A DNA stretch of 64,000 nucleotides from Bacillota bacterium (GCA_003524085.1 DOEC01000035.1:7796-71795); one strand, 5' to 3'; positions 19,415 to 29,973 are shown, counted from the first letter of the stretch. Numbers and translations are program-made. Notes: generated from the letters alone by a model not told the origin.

Positions 19415-21388
19415 ATGGATTTAATAAATATAATAGATGATTATTTAAAAAATAAATTAATTAACTATGCAATTTTAATTAAAGGAGAATGGGGAACAGG
19501 CAAAACATTTTTTGTTAAAAAAAATATAATTAAAAGATATAACAACGCATTATATATATCTTTATATGGTATTTCTTCTATAGACAAATTAAGTGAAAAA
19601 ATATATTTAGAAATAATAAAATCTAAGGCAACCACAAATTTTATAAGTAAGTTTTTTCGAAAATTGCATGAAAAAATACTTTTTAAAGTATTGTTCTTTA
19701 TACCTATTCTGATTTTTAAATTACTCAAATTCTTATATGAACTATTATTTAAACTAATTTGGATTGTTACATATAATTTAGTGTATTTAAAGTTTAATAT
19801 TAATATTTCATCACTAAATAAAAAAGATTTTTATGGAATCTTAAAACTATATGAAAAATTAGATAAATTTATTTTGGTAATAGATGATTTAGAAAGATGC
19901 AATATACCAATAGAGGAAATTATGGGATTTATTAATGATTTTGTTGAACACAATAATGTAAAATGTATATTAGTTGCTAATGAAAATGAAATTTATAAAA
20001 CTCAATCTGAAAACCTTGAATTAAAAATATTAACTGTTGCTAATGATAAAATAGAATTCTACGACAATGATAGACGTAGTAATAAAACAAATGAAAAGTT
20101 AAATAGTAATGATTTGAAAAATAGAATAGATTATTTGTACAATGCAAATAACAAATATAAAATAATTAAAGAAAAAGTTATTGGTAAAGAATTTGTATTT
20201 ATTCCAAAATTGGAAAATATATATGATAATCTCGCATTTAAATACAAAGACGAAGAACAATTCTATGATATATTGAATAATACAAAATTATCAGTTATTG
20301 ATACAATGAGTTTAAATAATTTTAATAATATTAGGACATTAGATTTTTATTTTGATAATTTTTATCATATATATAAATATATAAATAATTTTGTAAAAGA
20401 ATGCAGGATATCAGAACAATTCATTTATAGTAATATATGTAAAAGCATTATAAATGGATGCATTTGTATGAAAAAAGGATATGAATTACGATGCCTGCCA
20501 AGTGGTAAGAGATTTGATTATGTATCATATGATGAGAATAAAACTTCAGTATTTCAATCAGATATGTTTTTAAGTTTTGATTTTGTTAATGAATATCTAA
20601 TATATAATTACATAGAAAAAAGTAATATAGAAGAAACCTTAAAGTTATTCGCTAATTCAAATTGTGATAAATTATCAGAAGATGATCCATTTAATCTTTT
20701 AAATGAATATTGGTATTATTCATCTGATGAGATTAATAAAATTTTATGTGATATATATAACAATATTGATTCTAACAAGTATAATCCATCACTATATAGA
20801 CTAATAATAAAAAAAATATCATCTTTAGAGGCTATGGATTATAATGACCCAATTATAAATCGAATAATTGAAATAATAAGATTAAAAGTTTCATTGGAAG
20901 ATAATATTGAAATTGATGATTATGAATTATTTCCAAATGATTTAGCATCACATATTTATTCAAACCATATTCAACAGATTAATAATAATACTAAAAATAA
21001 TTTAAAAATTAAAAACAATAACATTTTTGACAAGATTTTTGAAAAAGACGATTGGGCAGTCGAATTACATAAATATGTTGAAAAATCAAAATCACAAATA
21101 CTAACAGAAAATAATTTTTTTTCGTTAATAGGTTATAAGAAAATAATAGAAAAATTACTTAATTTAAACATTAAAAATGTATATTATTTTAAGTATACAC
21201 TAGACCATATATATGGGGTTGTAAAATTAAAAGATTCTAATACTGCTGAATTAGATTGTTTAAAAAGATTTAAAAAAGAACTGAATAAACAATTAAAGAA
21301 TATGAATATAAAAGATCCTATGGTAAAATGTCCATTTAAAATACTTTTAGAAAAAATTGATAGTATGTTATCAGTATCAAAAGACTAA
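19415..21388 (+). CDS. KAP-family P-loop NTPase with TM helices inserted in the NTPase domain
   Basis: Walker A GEWGTGKTFF; Walker B/KAP signature LVIDDLERC; hydrophobic helices ILFKVLFFIPILIFKLL / LFKLIWIVTYNLVYL between A and B; RBS GGAGGA before ATG 19415. Confidence 0.85.
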   Translation: MDLINIIDDYLKNKLINYAILIKGEWGTGKTFFVKKNIIKRYNNALYISLYGISSIDKLSEKIYLEIIKSKATTNFISKFFRKLHEKILFKVLFFIPILIFKLLKFLYELLFKLIWIVTYNLVYLKFNINISSLNKKDFYGILKLYEKLDKFILVIDDLERCNIPIEEIMGFINDFVEHNNVKCILVANENEIYKTQSENLELKILTVANDKIEFYDNDRRSNKTNEKLNSNDLKNRIDYLYNANNKYKIIKEKVIGKEFVFIPKLENIYDNLAFKYKDEEQFYDILNNTKLSVIDTMSLNNFNNIRTLDFYFDNFYHIYKYINNFVKECRISEQFIYSNICKSIINGCICMKKGYELRCLPSGKRFDYVSYDENKTSVFQSDMFLSFDFVNEYLIYNYIEKSNIEETLKLFANSNCDKLSEDDPFNLLNEYWYYSSDEINKILCDIYNNIDSNKYNPSLYRLIIKKISSLEAMDYNDPIINRIIEIIRLKVSLEDNIEIDDYELFPNDLASHIYSNHIQQINNNTKNNLKIKNNNIFDKIFEKDDWAVELHKYVEKSKSQILTENNFFSLIGYKKIIEKLLNLNIKNVYYFKYTLDHIYGVVKLKDSNTAELDCLKRFKKELNKQLKNMNIKDPMVKCPFKILLEKIDSMLSVSKD

Positions 21389-21826
21389 TCATAGATTTTG
21401 TTAAATATATAAATAATAAAAATAACGGAAACTAATGTGGACAAAATTCTGCTTTTATATAAATGGTTTAACATAATTCTGTGCTTTATAATAAAAATAG
21501 CTATCAAATCAGTATGCTTATTTATAAATCTACTTATAATATTTCTATCTTCAATAGATGTTACATTTTTCACAAACAGTCCAATTTATCACAAATGCCA
21601 TCATATTTATTATATTCGGCTTAATTTGTTGCTTCAGAACAATTACACGTTGATTCTAAAAAAGTATATTTAACCTTATATTGTTTAAAAATAATTTTTT
21701 CAAATCTTAAATGCTTTATACTATTACTCCAACATATATTAAAACAGAATAGAATGACAATTACATAAAAGAGTAGAATGTACCCAAATTTTAAATTAGA
21801 TATTTAGAATAATACAATCTTATATC

Positions 21827-21855
21827 TTGTAAATCTTTAATTTCTAAGGTATAAT
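21827..21855 (+). promoter_or_regulatory. sigma-A promoter TTGTAA-17nt-TATAAT for the 21889-23294 operon
   Basis: read directly from the sequence; preceded by 500 bp of AT-rich non-coding DNA. Confidence 0.5.
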
Positions 21856-21888
21856 ATCGTACAAATAAAATTTAAGGAGTGATTAGTT

Positions 21889-22506
21889 TTGAGAAAAGAA
21901 ACCAAAAATATTGTAGATAATTATTATATGAAAGAAGAAAAAATGTTATTTTTAAAGTTTGCCGAAATAATTGATAATAATATTAAAGATATTGAAAAGC
22001 ATAAAATAATCTGGGAATACGATCAGAAACTTGGAGGATTGGGTGGCTATGCTGCACCACTAAATGTAATAATTAATCCCTTTAAAACTTATGGAGACTA
22101 CAGAAATGTATTTAGAAGCTTACAATATTCCAGAAATGGTATGTTTCTTCATGCTAGACCAAGATTTATCATAATTGATGCAGCACTTAGTTTAGAAACT
22201 TTAGTTAAACTCCTTTTATCAAAAAATATTTTTTTAAAATATTCAGCTAACAAAAAGGAATTAGGAAAAAACGTTGAAGAATTACACAACAGAAAAATTA
22301 TTGACGAAGATTTTTATAAAAGATTAAATATTTGGAAAAAAATATTAAATTATGCTAAGCATGATACAGATCCGGAGTGTGATTATACCTTTGATTACGA
22401 GGATGCAGTTATATTTTATTTTGAAACCAGAGTGCTAGGTAACAAAATATTAAAAATACTAAATCATTATACAAGTGGAAAATTTTATAAGATTAAAATA
22501 GATTAA
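21889..22506 (+). CDS. hypothetical 205-aa protein, first gene of TIR operon
   Basis: TTG start 9 nt after AAGGAG; no recognizable domain; an R-x5-H (RNGMFLH) motif is present, but assigning it to HEPN is speculative. Confidence 0.55.
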   Translation: MRKETKNIVDNYYMKEEKMLFLKFAEIIDNNIKDIEKHKIIWEYDQKLGGLGGYAAPLNVIINPFKTYGDYRNVFRSLQYSRNGMFLHARPRFIIIDAALSLETLVKLLLSKNIFLKYSANKKELGKNVEELHNRKIIDEDFYKRLNIWKKILNYAKHDTDPECDYTFDYEDAVIFYFETRVLGNKILKILNHYTSGKFYKIKID

Positions 22507-22532
22507 ATATTAATATGAAAAGGAGTCTAAAA

Positions 22533-23294
22533 ATGAAAGATAAATATTCTTATATGGGCAATTATGGTATTGTAAAAATAATAGGAGGTAAATTCAAAGG
22601 TAAATTTGGATATTACGACGATGATGACGTTGATTTTGATAATGTTAGTAAATCTGTAGTTTATTTCGGAGAAATGTTTGATAATTCGGTATATCACTAT
22701 ATCAAACATGAATATATTACAAACGATTTCACGATTGAAGATTTGAAAAAGAGACAAATGTTTCTTCAACACAAATTATGTAGTAAGATTTCTATTTCAA
22801 AAAGATTAGAATTATTAGAAGAGAAAAATTTGATTGAATCTGAAATTAACTTAAGAACTTTAAATTATATTAATTCAAACAAGTTAGAAAATAAAAAGGT
22901 ATTTCTATCACATTCTTCAATTGATAAAAATATTGTGACTTCCATTGCTTTGGATTTACAAGAACGTGGAGTTACAACTTGGCTAGATGCGTATGATATT
23001 TTACCAGGAGAATCAATAATGTCAAAAATTAACAAAGGTTTAGAAGAATGTAAATATGTACTATTATTTTTATCAAAAAATTCTGTGAATTCTAATTGGG
23101 TTACAAAGGAATGGGAAACAGTATTATGGGACGAGATTAATTCAGGAAAGGTAAAAGTTATTCCAGTTAAACTCGAAGAATGTGAGATACCCAAAATATT
23201 ACAAACAAAAAAATATATCGATTTTACTGAAGGTTATAATATAGGACTTTATGAAATTACAAAAACTATTAAAGCATATGAAAAAATACAATAA
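22533..23294 (+). CDS. TIR-domain protein (unknown ~125-aa N-terminal domain + C-terminal TIR)
   Basis: C-terminal KVFLSHSSIDKN...WLDAYDILPG...SKNSVNSNWVTKEWE is a canonical bacterial TIR with conserved Glu; RBS AGGAG 7 nt before ATG 22533. Confidence 0.85.
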   Translation: MKDKYSYMGNYGIVKIIGGKFKGKFGYYDDDDVDFDNVSKSVVYFGEMFDNSVYHYIKHEYITNDFTIEDLKKRQMFLQHKLCSKISISKRLELLEEKNLIESEINLRTLNYINSNKLENKKVFLSHSSIDKNIVTSIALDLQERGVTTWLDAYDILPGESIMSKINKGLEECKYVLLFLSKNSVNSNWVTKEWETVLWDEINSGKVKVIPVKLEECEIPKILQTKKYIDFTEGYNIGLYEITKTIKAYEKIQ

Positions 23295-23300
23295 TTAAAT

Positions 23301-23328
23301 AAGGTACCATTAATAAGACTGGTACCTT
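23301..23328. terminator. perfect 9-bp hairpin AAGGTACCA-loop-TGGTACCTT after TIR gene (bidirectional)
   Basis: read directly from the sequence. Confidence 0.55.
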
Positions 23329-23795
23329 AAAATAAAAGATTATTTTAGTATATTTTAAATGGCGATTTTCAATTTATCAATTATCTGGTTTAACTCACCT
23401 AAAGCAATGGCAAGTAGTACAACTCTAATTACCAACGGAATTACAATCGTTAATAAAAATATATAAAAAATTTTTGTTATCTTTCCAATTTCTAACCTTA
23501 TGTAATAAAGATTTTCTTCAATTGTGCTATCTTCAGCCTTCACTTGATTAATTTTGTCTTCTATTCTAGAATATTCCTGGTATCAATGCCACTAACATTA
23601 TAATTGATATTATACCTATTATTTCACCTAATCCTATATTTATACCTACTTTCTATTGTTAGTTTAACATAAAAAAGATTAGTTTTATTAATAAACTGAA
23701 ATCATTAACTCTAACTTTACAGAAAAACACTTTTTATAAAATTGACATCTATGTTTTCACATGCTACAATTAACATAGATAGCAGGTGAAGTAAA

Positions 23796-24497
23796 TTGAA
23801 AAAATTAAAAAGATTATTAATAATTATTATAGTAACTGCATTTTTATATTTCTATTACAATGAAGAGACCACTAATTTATTAAAAAAAATCTTTCCAGAT
23901 AGTTATTCAACTGAAGTAACTGAAGTAGGAGAGGACAAGGGTAGTTACATAATTATAAACAATAACGAGCCAGATTTTAACGATGAAGATAAGACTACAG
24001 ACACATTTGAAAAGTATAGTAAACTTGATTCTCTAGGACGTGCAGGCGTTGCCTATGCAAATATAAGTGTTGACTTAATGCCTACAACTGAAAGAGAAAG
24101 TATAGGTATGATTAAACCAACTGGCTGGCACACTATAAAATATGACATAGTACCAGGAAAATACTTATATAATCGTTGCCACTTAATTGGTTACCAACTA
24201 ACCGGGGAAAATAAAAATGAACTAAACTTAATAACTTGCACTAGACAAATGAATACAGTAGGAATGCTGGACTGGGAGAGTATGGTAGCAAACTATATCA
24301 AGGAAACAAACAACAACGTCCTTTATAGGGTAACTCCAAAATATGAAAGTGATAACTTACTTGCAAGTGGCGTTCAAATAGAAGCGTACTCTATCCAAGA
24401 TAACGGAAAAGGCATAAAGTTCAATATATTTGTTAAAAATATACAAGACGGAATAGAAATAGACTATAAAACTGGTGATAGTAAATTAAAAGAATAA
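23796..24497 (+). CDS. membrane-anchored DNA/RNA non-specific endonuclease (EndA/NucA-like)
   Basis: N-terminal TM; active-site region NRCHLIGYQLTGEN matches the (D/N)RGHLI..QL.G motif; promoter TTGACA-17-TACAAT upstream; TTG start. Confidence 0.75.
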   Translation: MKKLKRLLIIIIVTAFLYFYYNEETTNLLKKIFPDSYSTEVTEVGEDKGSYIIINNNEPDFNDEDKTTDTFEKYSKLDSLGRAGVAYANISVDLMPTTERESIGMIKPTGWHTIKYDIVPGKYLYNRCHLIGYQLTGENKNELNLITCTRQMNTVGMLDWESMVANYIKETNNNVLYRVTPKYESDNLLASGVQIEAYSIQDNGKGIKFNIFVKNIQDGIEIDYKTGDSKLKE

Positions 24498-24548
24498 AAG
24501 AATATTTTTAAATTAAAGTTTTCCTTTAACTAAAAATACTCTTTTTTA

Positions 24549-25184
24549 TTACTTTAATATTGTTTTTAAGTAACTTACAATTTCATGAACATCTAAATTA
24601 ACAAACTCAATATCATAAAATATGTCATTATAAGTAAATCTAACCATCATCGCAGGTACACTATAACTATCACTAAAATATTCTAGAATTTTAACATCAT
24701 GTTCAGCAATAATAGAAGATTTCATTTCTTCCTTTGGGACAGCAATACATCTAGGCCTTCCGTTGCTATTTAAATTACTTGTATAATAAATATCTATTAT
24801 CTTTTCTCCATTTTTAAATATTACTTGATTAGCAAATTTTTCATTATTAACCATGTCAGATAACTCGTAATTGTGTTCTAAAACATAATCGTTAGGCATT
24901 GGGGTTGCCTTAACATTTAGAGTTTCCAAGTTTTCTCTATTATACCCAACGTCATAGGCAGTGTAGTTTAACTTTGCTTTCTCACTTAATTCATTGATAA
25001 CTATAATATCATTTTCATACTTATACACAACATCACTAGTCTTCTTGTTAAGAACTAACATCACTGATAAAATAACAACCAGCGTAGATGGCACCAAAAA
25101 CAAATAACTAACCTTCTTTCTAACAATATTATCGTATATCTTATCTTTGCTTATCTTCCCCGTAAACATACTCTTCAAATTCAT
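24549..25184 (-). CDS. putative anti-sigma factor (single-TM protein co-transcribed with ECF sigma)
   Basis: immediately downstream of sigma gene; N-terminal cytoplasmic segment then TM YLFLVPSTLVVILSVMLVL. Confidence 0.55.
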   Translation of the reverse strand: MNLKSMFTGKISKDKIYDNIVRKKVSYLFLVPSTLVVILSVMLVLNKKTSDVVYKYENDIIVINELSEKAKLNYTAYDVGYNRENLETLNVKATPMPNDYVLEHNYELSDMVNNEKFANQVIFKNGEKIIDIYYTSNLNSNGRPRCIAVPKEEMKSSIIAEHDVKILEYFSDSYSVPAMMVRFTYNDIFYDIEFVNLDVHEIVSYLKTILK

Positions 25185-25187
25185 AAA

Positions 25188-25703
25188 TCATTCCTCCTTT
25201 AAGTATTTATTAAGTTCCTTTAATGTCCTATAAAGATAGTGTTTCACATTGCTTTCCGTGATATTTAAAAACTCACTTATCTCTTTAAGTGTTAACTCTT
25301 CATAATAATATAAATAGAATATCTTTGATATAACACTCTTCTTCTTTTTTAAATAATTCCACACCTTATCAGTATCATATCTATTAGAAACTGTCTCTTC
25401 TAAGTTAAACTCATCACGTATATTCTCTATACCCGAGTCTTCTTCATTCTTAAAATAATCAACTATCTTATCTTTAAACTTAAATCTATAATAGTCATTA
25501 ATCTTATGATTAGCTATTCCAAATATATAAGATTTATCAACACTCACATTCTTTTTTAACTTCTTATACGCATCAGTATATATATTTTGTAAAATATCTT
25601 CCACATCAGCAATATTTCTGCATTTTAATATAACATACCTTTTAATCTCATTAAAAGTCTCATTATAAATACTATCAAATTCTTTTAGTGCTTGACTAGT
25701 CAT
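25188..25703 (-). CDS. ECF-type sigma-70 family sigma factor
   Basis: region 2-like DILQNIYTDAYKK and region 4 HTH LTLKEISEFLNITESNVKHYLYRTLKELN. Confidence 0.8.
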   Translation of the reverse strand: MTSQALKEFDSIYNETFNEIKRYVILKCRNIADVEDILQNIYTDAYKKLKKNVSVDKSYIFGIANHKINDYYRFKFKDKIVDYFKNEEDSGIENIRDEFNLEETVSNRYDTDKVWNYLKKKKSVISKIFYLYYYEELTLKEISEFLNITESNVKHYLYRTLKELNKYLKEE

Positions 25704-25888
25704 TTTATCACACCCACTTATACAGTCGTAAATTATTACTATTTAGTTCCATTTTTATATTTTTTATTATACTAAAGAATAACTTTTAATACAACTTAAC
25801 TATAACTTAAAGTAATAACACCCATAAATAATTACTTCTTTTCTTGTATTCATTTTTATTATATAATGTAACTAGAGGAAGTGATTAT

Positions 25889-26854
25889 ATGTATAAATCT
25901 AATGATAGTGTAGAAATTGCAAAGTTAATGAGTAGATTTAATTATGACGAAAGTAGAACTAGTGAAGTGCTAGAAAAATATGATAAGCTAACTAAATTAG
26001 TAGACTTACATACCCATACATCTTATAGTGATGGAATATTTAGTCCTATTGAAGTATTAGACTTAGCCAAAAAAGAAAATGTTGGCCTTTTATCCATAAC
26101 AGATCATGATACAGTTGAAGGAATTAGAAAGTACAAAAGTGTTTTACATAACGATAAAGACATAAAATTTGTTGACGGAATAGAGCTATCTATAAAAGTG
26201 AACCACGGTAGAATGCATATACTTGGTTACGGAATTGACATAGAAAATAAACTATTAAATGACAAGCTAGCATGGATTAAAGAAAACAAAATCAATTCAT
26301 TTTTAACAATTTATGAAGAAGTCAAAAGAGAGTACAATCTAGTATTCAGTAATAAAAAGTTAGCTGATTTAATAAAAAGCGTTTACACTGAAGGCCACAC
26401 AATTAACAGAGTAGACATTGCAAAAATGTGTGTGGAAGAATCTTATGCCCTTGACATAAAAGATGCGTTTAACAAATACCTAATAAGTGCCTACGAAAAT
26501 ACTAGAAAATATAGAAAAGGCATAAACTATGAAGAAGCGATAAACTTAATTAACAACTCTGGCGGAATAAGCGTACTTGCCCATCCAAAAAGCCTAGAAC
26601 TTAGCCAAAAAGAATTTTTAATTTTATTAAAAGACCTAATTAAATGTGGACTAAACGGCATTGAAGTATATCATTCTAGTCACACAAAAGAAGAAATGAT
26701 GTTTTATAAAGGTATATGCTTAGAAAATGGCTTATTCATGACTGGTGGAAGTGACTTTCACGGAAAAAATAAACCCGATGTGTTACTAGCTCATGGCATT
26801 AACGACAACCTTAACATTAGAAGGCATCAGTTAAAACTACCAGATAAAATGTAA
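25889..26854 (+). CDS. PHP-domain metal-dependent phosphoesterase
   Basis: VDLHTHTSYSDG ... SITDHDT ... AHP motifs; RBS GAGGAAGTGA before ATG 25889. Confidence 0.8.
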   Translation: MYKSNDSVEIAKLMSRFNYDESRTSEVLEKYDKLTKLVDLHTHTSYSDGIFSPIEVLDLAKKENVGLLSITDHDTVEGIRKYKSVLHNDKDIKFVDGIELSIKVNHGRMHILGYGIDIENKLLNDKLAWIKENKINSFLTIYEEVKREYNLVFSNKKLADLIKSVYTEGHTINRVDIAKMCVEESYALDIKDAFNKYLISAYENTRKYRKGINYEEAINLINNSGGISVLAHPKSLELSQKEFLILLKDLIKCGLNGIEVYHSSHTKEEMMFYKGICLENGLFMTGGSDFHGKNKPDVLLAHGINDNLNIRRHQLKLPDKM

Positions 26855-26936
26855 ATGCAAAAGAAATTTTACAAATTTCTACATAAAGTTTATAGTAAAT
26901 AATTAAAAAATGTAGTATATTTATAATGAGGTGTTA

Positions 26937-28100
26937 ATGGTGGAAAAACGAAAACTAAAAATTGGACTTTTTATTGATAATTATTATCCAAATATAGACG
27001 GAGTAACACTTGTGGTTGATAACTTAGCAAGGTGTTTGTCAAAATATAACGATGTAGTAGTAGTCTGTCCATACATTGATGGGTGTAATGATTCTTCACT
27101 TCCCTATAAAGTAATTAGATTAAAAAGCATTAAAGTTCCACTTACTTCTTATAAAGTTGTTAATATGTTTTGTAATAAAATAGAACTTGTTAATGAAAAG
27201 TTTGACATAATACACATTCATTCACCATTTATTTTAGGTAAAATTGGAATGAAACTTGCGAAGAAACTAGATATTCCATGTATTTCAACCGTGCACACCA
27301 GATTCGATTTTGAATTCAAAAGATTTGCCAAAAGTGAAGTTGTATCACAATTCGCGACTAAAGTTTTAATTACTTCTTTAAACAAAAGTACCCTATGTAC
27401 AGTTGTAAATGACCCATTAGTTAGCGAAGTTAAGAGTTATGGATACAAAGGGAAACTAAAAGTAGTTTATAACGGGACAGACTTAAAGCCCGCTATCTTT
27501 AAAGGTAGAAAAAGAAATATGATAAATGAAATGTTTAACTTATCTAATGAAGAGGCTGTTTTCTTGTTTGTTGGTAGAATTATTGATATAAAAAATATTT
27601 TCTTCATACTAGATGCTTTAAAACTTCTAAAAGAAGAAAATTATAAATTCAAAATGATTTACGTAGGAGAAGGTCCAGACTTTGAAAAATTAAAAAACAA
27701 AGTTATTGAGTACCAATTAGAAGACTACATTATACTAACTGGAAAAATTACTGATAGAGAACTTTTATCATTCATATATAGAAGAAGTGATTTACTTTTA
27801 TTCCCATCTTTATTTGATACGTCTAGTTTAGTTAGAATAGAAGCTGCAGTTAACATGACACCAGGACTTTTCATAAAAGGTAGCATGGTTGGCTCTACTA
27901 TAAAGGATAACGTTGATGGTTACCTTAGCAAACTAGATACAGTAAAATATAAAAATAGAATTATAGAAATAATAAATGATAAAAAACTACTTAACAAAGT
28001 ATCAATAAACGCTAAAAAGAACTTAGGCGTTTCTTGGAAAAATGTTGCAAAAATATATTATGATATCTATTTAGAAGAGGTTAACAATAAATTGATTTAA
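26937..28100 (+). CDS. GT4-family glycosyltransferase (diacylglycerol glycosyltransferase-like)
   Basis: GT-B C-terminal motif YVGEGPDFEKLK...LFPS..D.SSLVRIEAAV (E-x7-E-like). Confidence 0.75.
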   Translation: MVEKRKLKIGLFIDNYYPNIDGVTLVVDNLARCLSKYNDVVVVCPYIDGCNDSSLPYKVIRLKSIKVPLTSYKVVNMFCNKIELVNEKFDIIHIHSPFILGKIGMKLAKKLDIPCISTVHTRFDFEFKRFAKSEVVSQFATKVLITSLNKSTLCTVVNDPLVSEVKSYGYKGKLKVVYNGTDLKPAIFKGRKRNMINEMFNLSNEEAVFLFVGRIIDIKNIFFILDALKLLKEENYKFKMIYVGEGPDFEKLKNKVIEYQLEDYIILTGKITDRELLSFIYRRSDLLLFPSLFDTSSLVRIEAAVNMTPGLFIKGSMVGSTIKDNVDGYLSKLDTVKYKNRIIEIINDKKLLNKVSINAKKNLGVSWKNVAKIYYDIYLEEVNNKLI

Positions 28101-28145
28101 CCTCTTTTTAATGATATAATTAGAAAGACGAAAGGTGAAATAAGT

Positions 28146-29180
28146 ATGTATACAATTTTTGATTATTTAGAATATTATAAAGATACAAATTTAAATGAAA
28201 TAAACATTAATGAAATAGATAATCTACTATTTAGTATCTTGGTCTATCTTCCAATATCAAGTTTTGATAAAAAAATGAATTTCTCTGAATTTGCTAACTA
28301 TGCTTTAAAATTCAAAAACGTTAAAACTTCTAGCAGCATGGCACGTGTTGCATTTGAAATAATAAGTATTTTAAAAAGCTCCAAAAGATTTAAGGACTTC
28401 TATGTTAGCAATTTTGTTAACATAAAAAATGAAGAAATGCAGTTTGGTGGAGCTAAATTTAGTAACAAAGACACAACTATTATAAGCTTTAAAGGTACAG
28501 ATGGTTCATGTATTGGCTGGTATGAAAACTTAAGATTATCCTATATGTATCCAACTAAAACTCAAAGTTATGCTTTAGATTACATAAAAAACACTATTGA
28601 TAACAAAGACAAAAATATCTATATATGTGGACACAGTAAAGGGGGAAATTTAGCTTTAGTGTCCTTAATAGAAGCAAGTAAAAGCCTATTTAAAAGAATT
28701 AACAAAGTCTATAATTTTGACGGGCCTGGAGTATTAAACGAAGTATTTTATAGCGACAAATACAAAAATGCAAAGACAAAACTAATTAATATTGTTCCAA
28801 CTGGGTCAGTAGTAGGTATGCTTTTATATAATGACTTATATGATGTGTGTGAAAGCACTGAATACGCTTTTAATGAACACTATCCAAATTCATTCAAAGT
28901 ATTTGGTACAAAATTCGTTAAAGGTAACCTTAGTTTAGTAAGTAAAAAAATACACCAGTCTACAACTGAAGAGTTAAGTAGTTTAGACAAAGAAAGCGTT
29001 AAAGATGCAGTTGAAAGTTTGATAAAAACTTTGGGAAAAGACGGAGTAGAAGACTTTAACTTTAGCTTAACAGACATAACAGAAATAGTTAAAAACATGA
29101 AAAACATTCCAGCTTCTACTAGAAGTTACTTAGTTAAAATGTTAACAACTCTAATAAGTGTAATAGGTAAAAACAAATAA
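28146..29180 (+). CDS. alpha/beta-hydrolase, DUF2974/Mbeg1-like putative lipase
   Basis: nucleophile elbow ICGHSKGGNLALVS. Confidence 0.65.
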   Translation: MYTIFDYLEYYKDTNLNEININEIDNLLFSILVYLPISSFDKKMNFSEFANYALKFKNVKTSSSMARVAFEIISILKSSKRFKDFYVSNFVNIKNEEMQFGGAKFSNKDTTIISFKGTDGSCIGWYENLRLSYMYPTKTQSYALDYIKNTIDNKDKNIYICGHSKGGNLALVSLIEASKSLFKRINKVYNFDGPGVLNEVFYSDKYKNAKTKLINIVPTGSVVGMLLYNDLYDVCESTEYAFNEHYPNSFKVFGTKFVKGNLSLVSKKIHQSTTEELSSLDKESVKDAVESLIKTLGKDGVEDFNFSLTDITEIVKNMKNIPASTRSYLVKMLTTLISVIGKNK

Positions 29181-29207
29181 AAAAGCCACAGTTAATCTGT
29201 GGCTTTA
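29181..29207 (+). terminator. rho-independent terminator AAAGCCACAG-TTAAT-CTGTGGCTTT
   Basis: perfect 10-bp stem. Confidence 0.7.
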
Positions 29208-29214
29208 GTCTATA

Positions 29215-29600
29215 TTAATTAATTCGTACTTATTACTTCCAAGCTCTAAATCCACCCATCATATGACATTTATATGTGCTAGATTTATAATCGAGTCGTA
29301 TTTAGTAAAACAGTTTCCCACTAGGTCATACTCTAAATGCTTTCCTTTATTAACTGGCAGTTTTATTTCATCTTCACTATCCATTATACTAGCATTAGCT
29401 ATCTTAGTAAAACCATGACTTTCTATAACTTTCATATGGTCTAAACTTGCCTGTCTTTATCTTATATAAGCTGTATTACATTTAACAATTGTAGCATTAA
29501 CTTATTGTACAAGCCCCTATATTAATTCAGACTTCAAATATTCTAACTAATAATTTACTGCTTATCTCTTTTGTAAAATATACTTTACTCATAAAATGCT
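29215..29600 (-). pseudogene. frameshift- and stop-riddled gene remnant
   Basis: minus-strand frames give MSKVYFTKEISSKLL.. then MKVIESHGFTKIANASIMDSEDEIKLPVNKG.. in different frames, broken by stops. Confidence 0.3.
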
Positions 29601-29604
29601 CTAT

Positions 29605-29973
29605 TTAATATAATTTACTTCCTGGAATTACTCCATCATCTATAAACGATAGTTTAACTATTTCCTTTCCATCAACCTTGCACTCAAAAGACAAAAGCAT
29701 ACCATTAGATTCCATCCCCATCATATTTCTTGGTGGTAAATTTAAAATAGCAATTACATTCTTACCAATTAACTCTTCTGGTCTATAAAACTCCTTAATT
29801 CCACTTAATATAATTCTTTCGTCATTAGTCCCATCATCAAGTGTAAACTTTAATAACTTGCTACTCTTTGGAACTTCTTCACAATTAACTATCTTTACTG
29901 CTCTTAAGTCACTTTTACTAAAAGTATCAAAATCAACCCTCTCAGTAAAAAGTGGTTCAATTTCTATATTCAT
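29605..29973 (-). CDS. tRNA-binding domain protein (CsaA/Trbp111-like)
   Basis: DLRAVKIVNCEEVPKSSKLLKFTLDDG...SGIKEFY.PEELIGKNVIAILNLPPRNMMGMESNGMLL matches the tRNA_bind fold signature. Confidence 0.75.
   Translation of the reverse strand: MNIEIEPLFTERVDFDTFSKSDLRAVKIVNCEEVPKSSKLLKFTLDDGTNDERIILSGIKEFYRPEELIGKNVIAILNLPPRNMMGMESNGMLLSFECKVDGKEIVKLSFIDDGVIPGSKLY

Noticed and set aside
21385-21673. ORFs 21385-21573 (-) and 21437-21673 (+) in the 500-bp AT-rich gap
   Set aside because: Ile/Leu/Phe-only low-complexity translations, no RBS, overlapping each other; region better explained as promoter/regulatory spacer
23355-23543. 62-aa GTG-start ORF on minus strand
   Set aside because: No ATG, no RBS; upstream frame shows remnants of a TM protein in a different frame, so probably a decayed fragment and not a live gene
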